DNA of 63,384 bases, the filler included, from Octopus bimaculoides (Eukaryota): NCBI RefSeq assembly GCF_001194135.2. It is 4 parts of 4 records of this genome, joined end to end, with 100 filler letters (N's around TTAATTAATTAA, not from the genome) between each part and the next. Parts side by side here need not be neighbours in the genome. Positions count along the whole stretch, not along the records: positions 42,576 to 58,286 come from NC_068991.1; positions 58,387 to 63,384 come from NC_068983.1; 2 more parts are not named here. One strand, 5' to 3'. The position numbers and the translations under genes were made by a program. Below the pieces are notes generated by a model that did no database searches, was not told where the DNA came from, and saw only the letters and a program-made list of their open reading frames with translations. The stretch's first letter is position 1, and every line of letters begins with the position of its first letter. This document shows positions 46,663-60,319 of this stretch, piece after piece.

Positions 46663-47519
46663 CAATACCGATAAAAAAAATCTGTGAAGTTCGGTGCCTG
46701 AGCATCTTTGGTGAGACTNNNNNNNNNNNNNNNNNNNNNNNNNNNNNNNNNNNNNNNNNNNNNNNNNNNNNNNNNNNNNNNNNNNNNNNNNNNNNNNNNN
46801 NNNNNNNNNNNNNNNNNNNNNNNNNNNNNNNNNNNNNNNNNNNNNNNNNNNNNNNNNNNNNNNNNNNNNNNNNNNNNNNNNNNNNNNNNNNNNNNNNNNN
46901 NNNNNNNNNNNNNNNNNNNNNNNNNNNNNNNNNNNNNNNNNNNNNNNNNNNNNNNNNNNNNNNNNNNNNNNNNNNNNNNNNNNNNNNNNNNNNNNNNNNN
47001 NNNNNNNNNNNNNNNNNNNNNNNNNNNNNNNNNNNNNNNNNNNNNNNNNNNNNNNNNNNNNNNNNNNNNNNNNNNNNNNNNNNNNNNNNNNNNNNNNNNN
47101 NNNNNNNNNNNNNNNNNNNNNNNNNNNNNNNNNNNNNNNNNNNNNNNNNNNNNNNNNNNNNNNNNNNNNNNNNNNNNNNNNNNNNNNNNNNNNNNNNNNN
47201 NNNNNNNNNNNNNNNNNNNNNNNNNNNNNNNNNNNNNNNNNNNNNNNNNNNNNNNNNNNNNNNNNNNNNNNNNNNNNNNNNNNNNNNNNNNNNNNNNNNN
47301 NNNNNNNNNNNNNNNNNNNNNNNNNNNNNNNNNNNNNNNNNNNNNNNNNNNNNNNNNNNNNNNNNNNNNNNNNNNNNNNNNNNAAAGACGTGTGTATCTC
47401 CGTGTTTTCAGTTTAACAATGAAGAATCTAAGGCTACTAACATGTTATTTTTTTTTTTATATTCTAGAATCTTTTCTTCTTTTAATTTTTATAAAATTTT
47501 AGTCTATATTAACTGATGG

Positions 47520-48300
47520 AACTTTAATTTTTACAATTCTATATTCTCCCCTCCCACCGCCGCCCATTAACTCGGTTTTATCTTTGATTATTTTCTTTAA
47601 TGTTATTTTTTTTCTTTCCCTTTCTTCATCTTCTAACACCATTAATTCTCTTCTTACTCATATTTCTAGATTTCTTCTCAATTTTCTCTTGTTGCCTTTT
47701 ATTTCACAGTTTCTACTTTAGCTATTCATATCTTTTCTCACCCACCAACACATCTGCTTTAAGATCTGCTCACTCATTTCCCACTTACTCTCAGGCCTTT
47801 TGGTTATTTCTTATAAGCTTCTATCTCCATTTTTACCATATTCCTTCTATTCTTTCAATTTTTCTTTCTTTTTTTTTTTTTTACGTCAATTACATCTCGC
47901 AGAAAACTTCAATTCCTCATAGCTATTTTATTCACATCTTTTCATCTTGATTTTTCTTTTATGCAATTATTTATTTTAATATTTCATACATCCCCTCTTC
48001 CTTTGCTCCGCCCCCCCCCACTTTCCTTATCTAAGTCTACCTCTATTCAAGTCTCACTCTCTTTCTCTCGCTTTGTCGATCCTTCCTCTCATTCTTTCCT
48101 TTTGTCCGTGTCTTTTTTCATGTTTGCTCATTTCTATATCTTTTCTCTTTCTCCTTCTATCTTTTTTTTCATTTCTATCAATTTCTTCTTTCTTACTCCT
48201 CCTGTCTATCTTCTTTCTCCCCACTCTACATTTTTCTCAATCAATGTTTCTATATCTATCCCCTAACCTCACTGGTTTTCTATTTCCTTTATTGATTTTT
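47520..48300. repeat. Long pyrimidine-rich (T/C) low-complexity tract
   Basis: About 780 bp very poor in G on the + strand, with no fixed period. Confidence 0.8.
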
Positions 48301-48308
48301 CAACTTAC

Positions 48309-48520
48309 ACTCTCCATGTTTCCTCACTCCAAGTGGAGGAAGGTGATGCGTGTCCATTGATCAATGGATTGAGAAGAGAAAAATTCCTGCAGAAAGTGTC
48401 AGGATTCCGAGTGGAACGTGTCAAATTCAATCTTCCTTTTCCCGAATGTTTTGAACCGTTCAAAGTTTTAGGGAAAGTAGCAACACCCGGAGGCTGTCGA
48501 ATCATTTTTAGCATCACCGA
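48309..48520 (-). CDS. Candidate coding exon of an unidentified gene (uncertain)
   Basis: Open frame MLKMIRQPPGVATFPKTLNGSKHSGKGRLNLTRSTRNPDTFCRNFSLLNPLINGHASPSSTWSEETWR ends at a consensus donor GT|gtaagt (48308); non-repetitive and more GC-rich than its flanks; no family recognised. Confidence 0.3.
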
Positions 48521-49371
48521 CTTCAAGCATCACAAACACCCACTCGCTCGCTTATCAATATTTGCACCATCATTAGTGGCAGGAAAAGCCCCCATCGTCG
48601 TCATCACTATTACGCAGTGACTATTAACATCAGCAAGAAATGTTAAGAAAACAATAACAAATAAATAATAACTATAAAGCAAATACAGATAGAGAGAGGA
48701 AGGAGGGGGGAATGCTGAGTATAATGAAGAGAACAAAGGTGTGAGAAGCAACAGTATTATCAGATCTGCAATTATAGTAAAGAGTTACGCTGTCGCAAGT
48801 AGCAATGAGAATGTTATAATTAGCATCATACTTGTTTCAAAATGGCTGTAGATATAAAATATCTTTGTAAGAAAGCTAACGTAAATCTCCATTATCGTCT
48901 TTTGTTCCACCATTTTGTCGTCTTTCAGAATAGATTCTATTAACATAATAATTAATATCATCCAACTATGCCAACAGCATAAATGCCATCGCTGCTAACA
49001 CCAATAGAGTAGTATTTCTATTATGGCTTCTAAAAAGCTATTTCTAATGAAACAAAAGTAAATGTTAAAAAAGAAATCCAATATATTTTTTGGTTGTATA
49101 AATATTATTAGCTTATGAAAAAACTTCAGTAAATATGCGCACAGAACACATCGTGGCTTATTGATAACATTCGTGAACAAAGATTTTTCGAACGGTGATG
49201 AATATGGGTGGATGAAAACAAAATGGTTGATGTAGATNNNNNNNNNNNNNNNNNNNNNNNNNNNNNNNNNNNNNNNNNNNNNNNNNNNNNNNNNNNNNNN
49301 NNNNNNNNNNNNNNNNNNNNNNNNNNNNNNNNNNNNNNNNNNNNNNNNNNNNNNNNNNNNNNNNNNNNNNN

Positions 49372-49412
<41 letters not shown>

Positions 49413-51651
49413 CATACATATATATATATATATATGTATATATGTTGTGTGTGCGTGTGTATATATATATATATATGCATATATGTATGTATTCATATAC
49501 AAACATACACACACATACACACATTGTATTTCTTCCTGTTTGTTGAAATCATTGGCATTTAATCAGCATGACACCAAATGTAAACAAATTCATTCACATA
49601 TTTTATGCCATGTTTATGGTAATACAACAAAGACAGCGAAGAACATCACTAACATTTCTTAGGAAACTATCCCATTTAAACATTGGTCGTCATACATCAG
49701 ATTAAGACAAGCAGCGCGAACCTCACCGGTTCTTCTCTGCTTTCTTAATTGGATTTCCATGATTGGTTGAATAAAAACTTGACGATCACTAACATCGTGC
49801 CATACCTATAACATGAGATCATGAAACTGATTACTAATTTTGTACTGTTCCCCGATTTAGATTTATTGCAAAGAAACAACATGATAGTGAATCTCAAACT
49901 GTATTCGGCACGCAGGCCAGTTGAATATGATTAAATAGTGTTCATCTCCTTTCACTCGAAATGAGGACCTAATTGCCATAGAAGACTCAATGAATAATGA
50001 TGAACGCGCCATTAGTGGAGGCGCTAACAATTATAAAGGTTTTGAGTATGTACCTGAAGAGATACTGGAGTCAAAAGAGTACTTGTAGGACCTTGTAAAA
50101 GTTGTATCTCTGTCACTACATCCAAAAAACAGTTTCTTGGTTCAAAACTGAAGAAAGATAATTTACAAATGTGTACATGAGTGTCTGTAAAAGTCTTATC
50201 TTTAATTTGGCAACATTATTTGTACCATATATCCCGTTCCATTTTTCCGGCCACGTCAATCAATTTGTTTCGCAAAATTGTCTCAAATAGTGCCTTTTTA
50301 TTTAGTCATCGGAAAGTACTATGAAAGTATTTCTGTTGCCCAACGGTAATGCAGAAGCTATGAATCCCAAATGCCGAGTCTAAAACGAATATGGTGATAT
50401 GGATATATTACATGGTGCCATTTTAATATTATGTAAATAAAGTATCTGCTGAAATTTTCCTCTTATTTGTATAATATTAGTCATGTAAGGAGAATTTTAA
50501 AATAATGTTTTCCATTATGTTTATGTGACAATATTGCGCTACCACTATATTGAATGTGACTGGTCATTAAGGCTACATGAGTACAGCATAATCCGAAATG
50601 CTGGATGAGCTATGGAAAATATTGCTACCAAATCTCCATATCAGATTGCTTTATGGACACAATATGGTACATCAAAGGTGAAAATGAATTAAAAAAGGTT
50701 TCATTCGTTTCCAAATGTGAGTGCTTCAAATTGTGAAGAAGAGAATGCTTGCGGATAGGCCAGTTAAAGAGGTTTTAAGAGAGAGACATTTTTAAAAAAG
50801 CCATCCAAATACTGCAATTGAAATCTTATTTGTCATTTAAATAATCATTCAGATACGTAATCGGGAAACATGAAGCATCTGCTAATAGATGTAGAAATAA
50901 GAATACCGTGGAAGCCAAAATAAGAATATCGTGGAAGCCAAAATAAGAAATGGATTGCCGCAATCCCTTGAAAATACTTTCCCCGGATTGTAAAGCACTG
51001 AGCGATAAGCAACAATTGCATCAGATATTCATGTAATGGAGGTATAATCATAAAATTTAGACTGAAGGCGAGATGGTCGATTACTTATGAGTAGAATATC
51101 GCAATGACCCAGACAAAATTTACAAGAGAAAGTCATATTCATAACAGTTCTAATGATTGTATGAAGTTTATTCTAAAATTACATGTGAGTCTAATTGAAT
51201 ATATAATATATAAATGAGGTTAAATTCAATTATGCCATAATTAGCTAAGTACGTGCTGTGCGTCTCGGTACAAGAAAAAACATAATTTTTTAAAATGGTA
51301 TTTAATAGATTTAAATATTGCTAAAATTAAAACAAATAGCAATTGTAAATTTTCAAAATCTAGATGTGTTAGCGTATACTTAAACAAGTCAGAAGATGTT
51401 AATATTATGTAGTTATAAAAAAGAAAGGTTTTGGTGTCCTGTGTGAATATTAATCGCTATTCATTTAGTTTTCAAGAACATTACTCCTGAACTCATTCCA
51501 TTCAGTGGATGTTTACACTGCAACGCTATACGACTGAAAGGATTAACGTCGGTAATCTCGTTAATATGCCCACATATTTTTTGCTTGTTTTTTTTTATGC
51601 AAGGAAGAAAAGCAGAATTTACTGTATGATTTAACACCGCCCACACGCCCG

Positions 51652-51704
<53 letters not shown>

Positions 51705-53139
51705 NNNNNNNNNNNNNNNNNNNNNNNNNNNNNNNNNNNNNNNNNNNNNNNNNNNNNNNNNNNNNNNNNNNNNNNNNNNNNNNNNNNNNNNNNNNNNNNN
51801 NNNNNNNNNNNNNNNNNNNNNNNNNNNNNNNNNNNNNNNNNNNNNNNNNNNNNNNNNNNNNNNNNNNNNNNNNNNNNNNNNNNNNNNNNNNNNNNNNNNN
51901 NNNNNNNNNNNNNNNNNNNNNNNNNNNNNNNNNNNNNNNNNNNNNNNNNNNNNNNNNNNNNNNNNNNNNNNNNNNNNNNNNNNNNNNNNNNNNNNNNNNN
52001 NNNNNNNNNNNNNNNNNNNNNNNNNNNNNNNNNNNNNNNNNNNNNNNNNNNNNNNNNNNNNNNNNNNNNNNNNNNNNNNNNNNNNNNNNNNNNNNNNNNN
52101 NNNNNNNNNNNNNNNNNNNNNNNNNNNNNNNNNNNNNNNNNNNNNNNNNNNNNNNNNNNNNNNNNNNNNNNNNNNNNNNNNNNNNNNNNNNNNNNNNNNN
52201 NNNNNNNNNNNNNNNNNNNNNNNNNNNNNNNNNNNNNNNNNNNNNNNNNNNNNNNNNNNNNNNNNNNNNNNNNNNNNNNNNNNNNNNNNNNNNNNNNNNN
52301 NNNNNNNNNNNNNNNNNNNNNNNNNNNNNNNNNNNNNNNNNNNNNNNNNNNNNNNNNNNNNNNNNNNNNNNNNNNNNNNNNNNNNNNNNNNNNNNNNNNN
52401 NNNNNNNNNNNNNNNNNNNNNNNNNNNNNNNNNNNNNNNNATATATATATATATATATATACATATATTTACATATATACGCACACCTCTGTATGCATGT
52501 ATGTGTTTATATATATTTACATATGTAAGTGTGTATGGATGCGTGTATGTATGTATGTATGTATGTATGTATGTATGTATGTATGTATGTATCTGTATTA
52601 AAACAACACAAAAGGAAAATAGAGACAAGAGACTGGTTTATTATATCAAGTTTTCTATTTCAGAACTCAGAATCGATTAAAGAAACCGCCGGATCGATTT
52701 CTTCTCTCCCAGCTATCTCCACGATGCAAGTTATCTCATCTCGTCTAATATTTGCTCCATCAGTTTCCATCAGTCGAACATTTGTGAGAAATGTGAAGAT
52801 CAGAAGCAACACCAACAGACATGATCTCCAGTCGACAGAATCGGAAATGCTTCAGTTATTGGTGTTATTGTTGTCGCTGTTGATGATAATTATAAAAAAA
52901 TGGTGATTGCGTCAGTGCTGTGAATTATGAAGTGGAGAGTGAAATTATGATAATGATGATGATGAGGAGGAGGAGGAGGAAGAAGGGAATATGGATGATT
53001 GTGATGTTGTATACGCTGACACTAGTGCCGGTGTTGTGGATGGAGGAAGAGAAATACTGAGAGAATACCTTTCTACTTTCATAATTTATCACCTACGGTT
53101 TATGATCTATCGATGAGTATCAGCTTCTGTACACACACA

Positions 53140-53209
<70 letters not shown>

Positions 53210-53887
53210 NNNNNNNNNNNNNNNNNNNNNNNNNNNNNNNNNNNNNNNNNNNNNNNNNNNNNNNNNNNNNNNNNNNNNNNNNNNNNNNNNNNNNNNNNNN
53301 NNNNNNNNNNNNNNNNNNNNNNNNNNNNNNNNNNNNNNNNNNNNNNNNNNNNNNNNNNNNNNNNNNNNNNNNNNNNNNNNNNNNNNNNNNNNNNNNNNNN
53401 NNNNNNNNNNNNNNNNNNNNNNNNNNNNNNNNNNNNNNNNNNNNNNNNNNNNNNNNNNNNNNNNNNNNNNNNNNNNNNNNNNNNNNNNNNNNNNNNNNNN
53501 NNNNNNNNNNNNNNNNNNNNNNNNNNNNNNNNNNNNNNNNNNNNNNNNNNNNNNNNNNNNNNNNNNNNNNNNNNNNNNNNNNNNNNNNNNNNNNNNNNNN
53601 NNNNNNNNNNNNNNNNNNNNNNNNNNNNNNNNNNNNNNNNNNNNNNNNNNNNNNNNNNNNNNNNNNNNNNNNNNNNNNNNNNNNNNNNNNNNNNNNNNNN
53701 NNNNNNNNNNNNNNNNNNNNNNNNNNNNNNNNNNNNNNNNNNNNNNNNNNNNNNNNNNNNNNNNNNNNNNNNNNNNNNNNNNNNNNNNNNNNNNNNNNNN
53801 NNNNNNNNNNNNNNNNNNNNNNNNNNNNNNNNNNNNNNNNNNNNNNNNNNNNNNNNNNNNNNNNNNNNNTATATATGCATGTGTGTG

Positions 53888-53922
<35 letters not shown>

Positions 53923-53925
<3 letters not shown>

Positions 53926-54096
53926 GTCTGATCAATAAGTATCCAGATTGTTGCCATAGTAACGAAGCTAAAGCCGCTTGGCAAAGATTGATCTTGAACC
54001 CTGCTATGCATGCGCACTAACTTTTACCGTTCTGGCTCACCTCCGCTGTTTACAGCAGTGCTTGAAAGGAACGTGTGTAGCGTGTGATCGTCGCAT
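53923..54096 (+). mobile_element. Mariner-type terminal fragment (TIR and 5' non-coding region)
   Basis: cggtctgatcaataagtatccagattgttgccatagtaacg resembles mariner TIRs (cgaggtctgatcaataagt..., from memory); no transposase follows. Confidence 0.5.
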
Positions 54097-54101
54097 TTTT
54101 C

Positions 54102-55324
54102 TTGGGCCATATTGGGGTCGTTTTTTGAAAGCCAATTAAAAGTCTTTACATATTTTTCAAACAGAGAAGGAGATAATCTGAAGTTATTTTTGAGCAATAT
54201 AACTCAAAGTTAAATTACCTACCTTCAGTATAGTATACAGTTTATTCAACCATTGCACTTAACGTTGAAAAATGCTTCCACATAGAGCATGATTACGAAT
54301 ATGTGGTCCGCATGGTGGCGCTTGTGGCGGTACTCACCATCATCGCCATCACCATTATTGCTACCATCATTCGCGGCGTCATCGTTGACATCGCTGTAAT
54401 CATCATCATTGTCATCATCAGGAATACAATCAAACTTTCACATGAAAACGAACAGCTTCAACATCACTAAAGCTTTCACCATCTCCATCATCATTTTATG
54501 AACACTGCTACCAAGGATAAAATGAGCCGCCGTTTGCACATGCAACACCATCGCCATCACCATCGTCATCACGATGAGCAACAAGTGCAGCTCCGCCACA
54601 GCGCTCGTTTGAGTACAACTATTAATAATTGCCATATCATAATGAAAAGTACCACGGCTATTACTACCACCATTACAACAACATTTCACCACCACTATCA
54701 AACACTACCACCGTGGCAACCAAAAAATATCACCACCACCACCACCACCACCACCACCACCACCACCAACACCTNNNNNNNNNNNNNNNNNNNNNNNNNN
54801 NNNNNNNNNNNNNNNNNNNNNNNNNNNNNNNNNNNNNNNNNNNNNNNNNCAACACCTCTACCACCAAAGCCAAAAATCATTGCCACTACCACCACCACCA
54901 CCACCACCACCACCACCACCACCACCATGACGATGACAGCAAGGTCCACAGCCATCCTCACCCACCAAAGGCGCTGAAATGCAGTGTGAAACGTCTTCCA
55001 ACACGTTTTAAACGCCTTTCGCTGTTCTTCGTTTATCTCTGTTGGAACTAAAGAACTAATGCTGTAGATACTTCCACCGAAAATTTGTTTACTTCATCCG
55101 CTTCCATTCCTTAATTAAGCTTACAATTCCTCAAATTCTCCCCTCTCTCCTCCTCGTTCCTGTTTGTCTTGGTTCTCTACGCTTTGTTTTGACATTAAAT
55201 TCTTATTTACAATCTCTATTATTAATTCTATTTCTTCCAATTTTTATCATTTATTCATTTATTTTTATTGGGCCATATTGGGGACGTTTTTTGAGAGCCA
55301 ATCAAAAGTCTTTACATATTTTTC
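54102..55324 (+). repeat. Pair of 57-bp direct repeats (54102-54158 and 55268-55324)
   Basis: ttgggccatattgggg(t/a)cgttttttga(a/g)agccaat(t/c)aaaagtctttacatatttttc, 3 mismatches. Confidence 0.9.
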
Positions 55325-55559
55325 TATGCAGCATTAAAAAAAAATATTTTAAAAAAACAGCATCGGCTGCACTAACAACAACATCAAGAATGATAATTGC
55401 ATCTGATTAGGGAACAAGACCGGGTACTTCCGGCCTATAAAATGTTAAACAACAAAAAGGATGATAACAACAATAACAACAGCAAAAACAACAACAATGA
55501 TAAAAGCAATGATAATCCTTAGTACAATAGGCACAAGACATGAATTATCGAGGGAGGGG

Positions 55560-55723
55560 CTAGTCGATGACATCGATCCCAGTGCTCGACTTGTACTTAT
55601 TTTATCGACCCCGAAAGATATGATACGTAGAGTCGGGAGAGGTATTTAAAAGGTAAAAATGGACGAAATGCCGCTGACTATTTTATCAACTGTTTCTTTT
55701 TTTAATTGCGCCCTCTCGCCGCC

Positions 55724-55725
<2 letters not shown>
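55560..55725 (-). mobile_element. SINE family D, degenerate copy
   Basis: tagtcgatgacatcgatcccagtgc...gtacttattttatcgaccccgaaaga...gacgaaatgccgct. Confidence 0.6.
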
Positions 55726-55739
<14 letters not shown>

Positions 55740-55780
<41 letters not shown>

Positions 55781-56395
55781 GACCTAAAAATGGACCACGG
55801 AAAAATTATTTGGCTCAACTCTCCTTTTTCCCTTAATGTAAAAACTAACATAGGTAAACGTTCCTGTCTCTCTTAGACAAACATTTTTCCCGATCACAGT
55901 AACAGGAATGTATTTAACAGGAATTATGTGGAATTATCAAATAGCTGCTGCCCCAATATGAGGAGTATCATTACACGAGATCAAAACCAAGAGCCCACTC
56001 CCAGTTGTAACTGTTGAGACCCAGGAACCTGTCCACTTGGCCAACGATGTAAGATTAAATCTGTCATATACGTGTTTATGCAACGCTAGACAATAACACA
56101 ACTGATAACAAAAGCTATATCGGACTATGTAAAGGTGAATTTAAGAATCGCTGTGCTAATCATATAGCTTCCTTCCGGCTTAACGACAAAACTAAGCTAT
56201 TAAGTAGGCTAGCCAGTTATGGAGTTTGAAATCTAACGGAACACCACATACGATAAAGTGGAAAATAACCAGAAAATCCACAACTTATATTACCGGATAA
56301 AAAAAAGTGTAAGCTATGGTTAGCTGAAAGAGCTCATATCATTTAAAAATCTGTAACTCATTGCTGAACTGAAATCTTCTGTAGTTGTCAGCATA
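55740..56395 (+). mobile_element. Penelope-like element, linker plus GIY-YIG endonuclease, degenerate
   Basis: IIWLNSPFSLNVKTNIGK, SCCPNMRSII, SCNC*DPGTCPLGQRCKIKSVIY, KSYIGLCKGEFKNRCANHIASF, LWSLKSNGTPHTIKWKI, KCKLWLAER; preceded by (AAT)n. Confidence 0.85.
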
Positions 56396-58224
56396 TGACT
56401 TTGTTCCTGTTATGAATTGAGGAGTTTTTCCCCTTAAGTAATTAACGTATCATAAACTCTAAGTCATTATTTTTTCAGTCTTATTATTTACTGTCTAAGT
56501 GAGATAACGCTTTTACCTCTTTTTCTTTCTGATTAATTTTCGCCTTCCACTTTATTAATCTTCCACTTTTTCTATATATAACCCTCCCGCATTTTCTCAT
56601 TTCTTCTCTCATTCAATTTTCAGTTTGTTATGCAATGTGGGTTGTATCTATTTATCTAGCTTTATGTTTATCTTTCCATCCTTCAATTTATATTTCTCTC
56701 TGTCACTCTCTGTTGAAGCGTGTGTCTATGTATCAATTTTTCACAGTGTCTCTCTGTATACATACATATATACAAACATAAATACACACATATATACACT
56801 CTCAAACTCATATCATAATGAACATAAACCAAGTAATGATATTCCGAATGCATTTAATACACATGTTTCTGATATTTCTGCAATAAATAAAATTGAAATC
56901 CATCTCTTAACAAAAGTCTTTCTCGGCTAAGTCATTTCCAAATATCTTGAAAAGTTTTAACTGAATAGGATCTTGCGTAAGAGATGAATTAATTTTTTAG
57001 CGATTGCACAATGATGTAAAACCTAAAATGATGTTAAACGCATTCTTAATCTTAATACTTGACTTCACAATTCATCATACGAATTCATCATACGAATCTC
57101 TGCCAGCAGAGGTGAGTCAATCCGAGCTCCATTTATGCTAGGCGCAATATAAAACCCATAAAAGACAATTTTAATCATCACTAAATGTGACTGAGGGTGC
57201 TAAAAGCACCTATATTGCAAAGAAAAAAACTAAGAGTTAAAAACCTTAAAGCTGCATGAACCACATAATTTATAAGCAACGACAGGGGAGGTAACAGCCC
57301 CTTGAGCAAAGCTTGGAGCAATGGACTGGTTTCCCCTGTTAGTTTCAGTCCCACTAGCATTTCCTACTCCATTGCTCGGATGGTTTACTTAAATTCATCA
57401 GTTAGTTTATATATACCACCAAAGTAGGTGACTGATTCAGCGAAATGCTAACGTGTATGCTAAAAATTAATATAAGCAGCTACGTGCAATATAAACCCGT
57501 AAAACAAAAGATAATTGTCACTAATTGTGACTGAGGATGCTGAATAGTACCTCTCTTCAAAATTTGTATATAAGCGCATTATTCTCTTTAAATTCCTATC
57601 CGACACGTGTTTCTGTTGCATAAGTGGCTGAGTATTCTCTGACGTATCATTTACGGGCATTTAATTGTTTCATTTACTGTACACATTCCTCCAGAGTAGA
57701 CATTCCGATGCAGCTTTATTGAAGGTTTTATCTATGCGGGTGAGGGAAGCGATCCGAGGATTCACGTTTTAGGTATTTCTTCTTACCTTATATTCTAGGT
57801 GAAGGAACACAAAACCACAAGTTACGCGAGAGTAGAGCTTGCGGAGGATGGGACTCTCTCTCTCTCTCTCTCTCTCTCTACATACACACACATGCACACA
57901 CACACACACGCTCACTCACACACACAAGCACATGTATATGTTGGGGTGTGCGTATGTGCATGTGTACATGTGAATGTGCATGCGTGTGTGCATGCGTGTG
58001 TGCTTATTATACAGGAAGTTGACAGTCGACCCTCCCTTTCTCCGTTGGCGATAGAAAATAAACGTACCTATCCCACTTCATGACTTCAAAATCCAATAAT
58101 GTTTGCTCGCTATTTTAATATATCCCATTTACAACTCAACCATTACCATGTGTATGTATGTATGAATGTATGTATGTATGTATGTATGTATGTATGTATG
58201 CATGCATGTATGTATGCATGCATG

Positions 58225-58269
<45 letters not shown>

Positions 58270-58286
58270 CTCTCACTCATATATAT

Positions 58287-58386
58287 NNNNNNNNNNNNNN
58301 NNNNNNNNNNNNNNNNNNNNNNNNNNNNNNTTAATTAATTAANNNNNNNNNNNNNNNNNNNNNNNNNNNNNNNNNNNNNNNNNNNN
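58287..58386. other. Artificial scaffold-join spacer (44 N + TTAATTAATTAA + 44 N)
   Basis: Same 100-bp structure as at 27839. Confidence 0.95.
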
Positions 58387-58528
58387 AGAGACAGAGCCAG
58401 TGAAGGGGTGTGTCGACAATTATACGTACATACATAAATAGTCATACATTTCTTGTACGTATGTGTGAGTGTGTGTGTGTGAGAGAGAGAGAGTCACTGA
58501 AACATCTGTCTGTCTGCCTGTCTCTCTC

Positions 58529-58574
<46 letters not shown>

Positions 58575-59920
58575 GTGCAGATATACACAGAAAGGATGTA
58601 TGCATATGTATTTATGTATGTACGTAGACATCACAACACACCCTTTCACTCACACACATACAGAAACACACATGTGAGCGTATGATTCACTACGAATACA
58701 TAGAGTTGAACACGGCGTGCCAAAAAAAAAAAATAATAGAAAATTTATTTATGGAAATTAACGAAGTGTGCGAGTTCGGAACGAAATCAAAAATGGAGTG
58801 TGTGAATGAGAGAGAGAGAGAACATTGCAAAGAATGAATGAGATGAACATGGAACGCCCAGAAATCGTATAAATAAAAGCACGTTAAAAACTATCTTGTA
58901 CGGAATATTTAAATTTATGAACTTCGTAAATATGTGTTTCAGTAATTGATCGTANNNNNNNNNNNNNNNNNNNNNNNNNNNNNNNNNNNNNNNNNNNNNN
59001 NNNNNNNNNNNNNNNNNNNNNNNNNNNNNNNNNNNNNNNNNNNNNNNNNNNNNNNNNNNNNNNNNNNNNNNNNNNNNNNNNNNNNNNNNNNNNNNNNNNN
59101 NNNNNNNNNNNNNNNNNNNNNNNNNNNNNNNNNNNNNNNNNNNNNNNNNNNNNNNNNNNNNNNNNNNNNNNNNNNNNNNNNNNNNNNNNNNNNNNNNNNN
59201 NNNNNNNNNNNNNNNNNNNNNNNNNNNNNNNNNNNNNNNNNNNNNNNNNNNNNNNNNNNNNNNNNNNNNNNNNNNNNNNNNNNNNNNNNNNNNNNNNNNN
59301 NNNNNNNNNNNNNNNNNNNNNNNNNNNNNNNNNNNNNNNNNNNNNNNNNNNNNNNNNNNNNNNNNNNNNNNNNNNNNNNNNNNNNNNNNNNNNNNNNNNN
59401 NNNNNNNNNNNNNNNNNNNNNNNNNNNNNNNNNNNNNNNNNNNNNNNNNNNNNNNNNNNNNNNNNNNNNNNNNNNNNNNNNNNNNNNNNNNNNNNNNNNN
59501 NNNNNNNNNNNNNNNNNNNNNNNNNNNNNNNNNNNNNNNNNNNNNTGTGTGTGTGTGTGTGTATGAATGTATGTATGTATGTATGTATGTATGTATGTAT
59601 GCATGTATGTATGTATGTATGCATGTATGTATGTAATGTTCGCATGTGTGTGTGTGAACTGTTTAAAGGGTGCGTGATATTGATTACCCTGACGCTGACG
59701 ATAATTTATTGTGACCTCAGTTTTTTTTCTTGTGAGATCTGTGTATGTGCGCGCGCGTATTCTTTCCTTTCTTTTTCTTTTGATTCTTCCGTGTTTCTTG
59801 TTCTCTTTCTTTTTCGCTTTTCCTCCCTAGGTGTTCGAGTGGAATTCTTTAAGTTGAAACAAGGCGCAAAATGTAATCTCAATTATCACATTAAAAACAG
59901 AGTGGTGAACAAGAGAAGGG

Positions 59921-60052
59921 AGATGAGGAGGAGGAGGAGGAGGAGGAGGAGGAGGAGAAGAAGAAGAAGAAGAAGAAGAAGAAGAAGAAGAAGCTGATGA
60001 TGATGATGATGATGATGAGGATGATGACGACGACGACGATAATGATGATGTG
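59921..60052. repeat. Compound microsatellite (GAG)n-(AAG)n-(GAT)n-(GAC)n
   Basis: Direct inspection. Confidence 0.92.
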
Positions 60053-60279
60053 AAGAGAGGACAATAGTGTTAATGATGAATATCATCATGATGACGATGA
60101 TAGATTTATTTTCTAAAAATTATAGAAATCAAAATAATGTGAAGTAAGAGTCAATTTTCACTGGAAAGCCCATAAAAATGGCGTTGCATATGACTGCACA
60201 GGTGGGAAGGTGACAGATATTCAATAATTTGCCTTAGAAGAGCAGTGGGATAGAGTAGGAGGTAAAGAAGAATCAGTGA

Positions 60280-60319
<40 letters not shown>

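Noticed and set aside
47600-48360. Phe/Leu/Ser-rich transmembrane-like ORFs
   Set aside because: Consequence of the T/C-rich tract, which is poor in stop codons
52640-52906. Signal-peptide-like minus-strand frame and the 125-aa plus ORF
   Set aside because: No start or splice context, no family recognised, and the plus ORF begins in a microsatellite
54498-55051. His-rich or Thr-rich (mucin-like) protein ORFs
   Set aside because: Built from CAC/CAT repeats across a gap, open in several frames, with no recognisable domain or splice support
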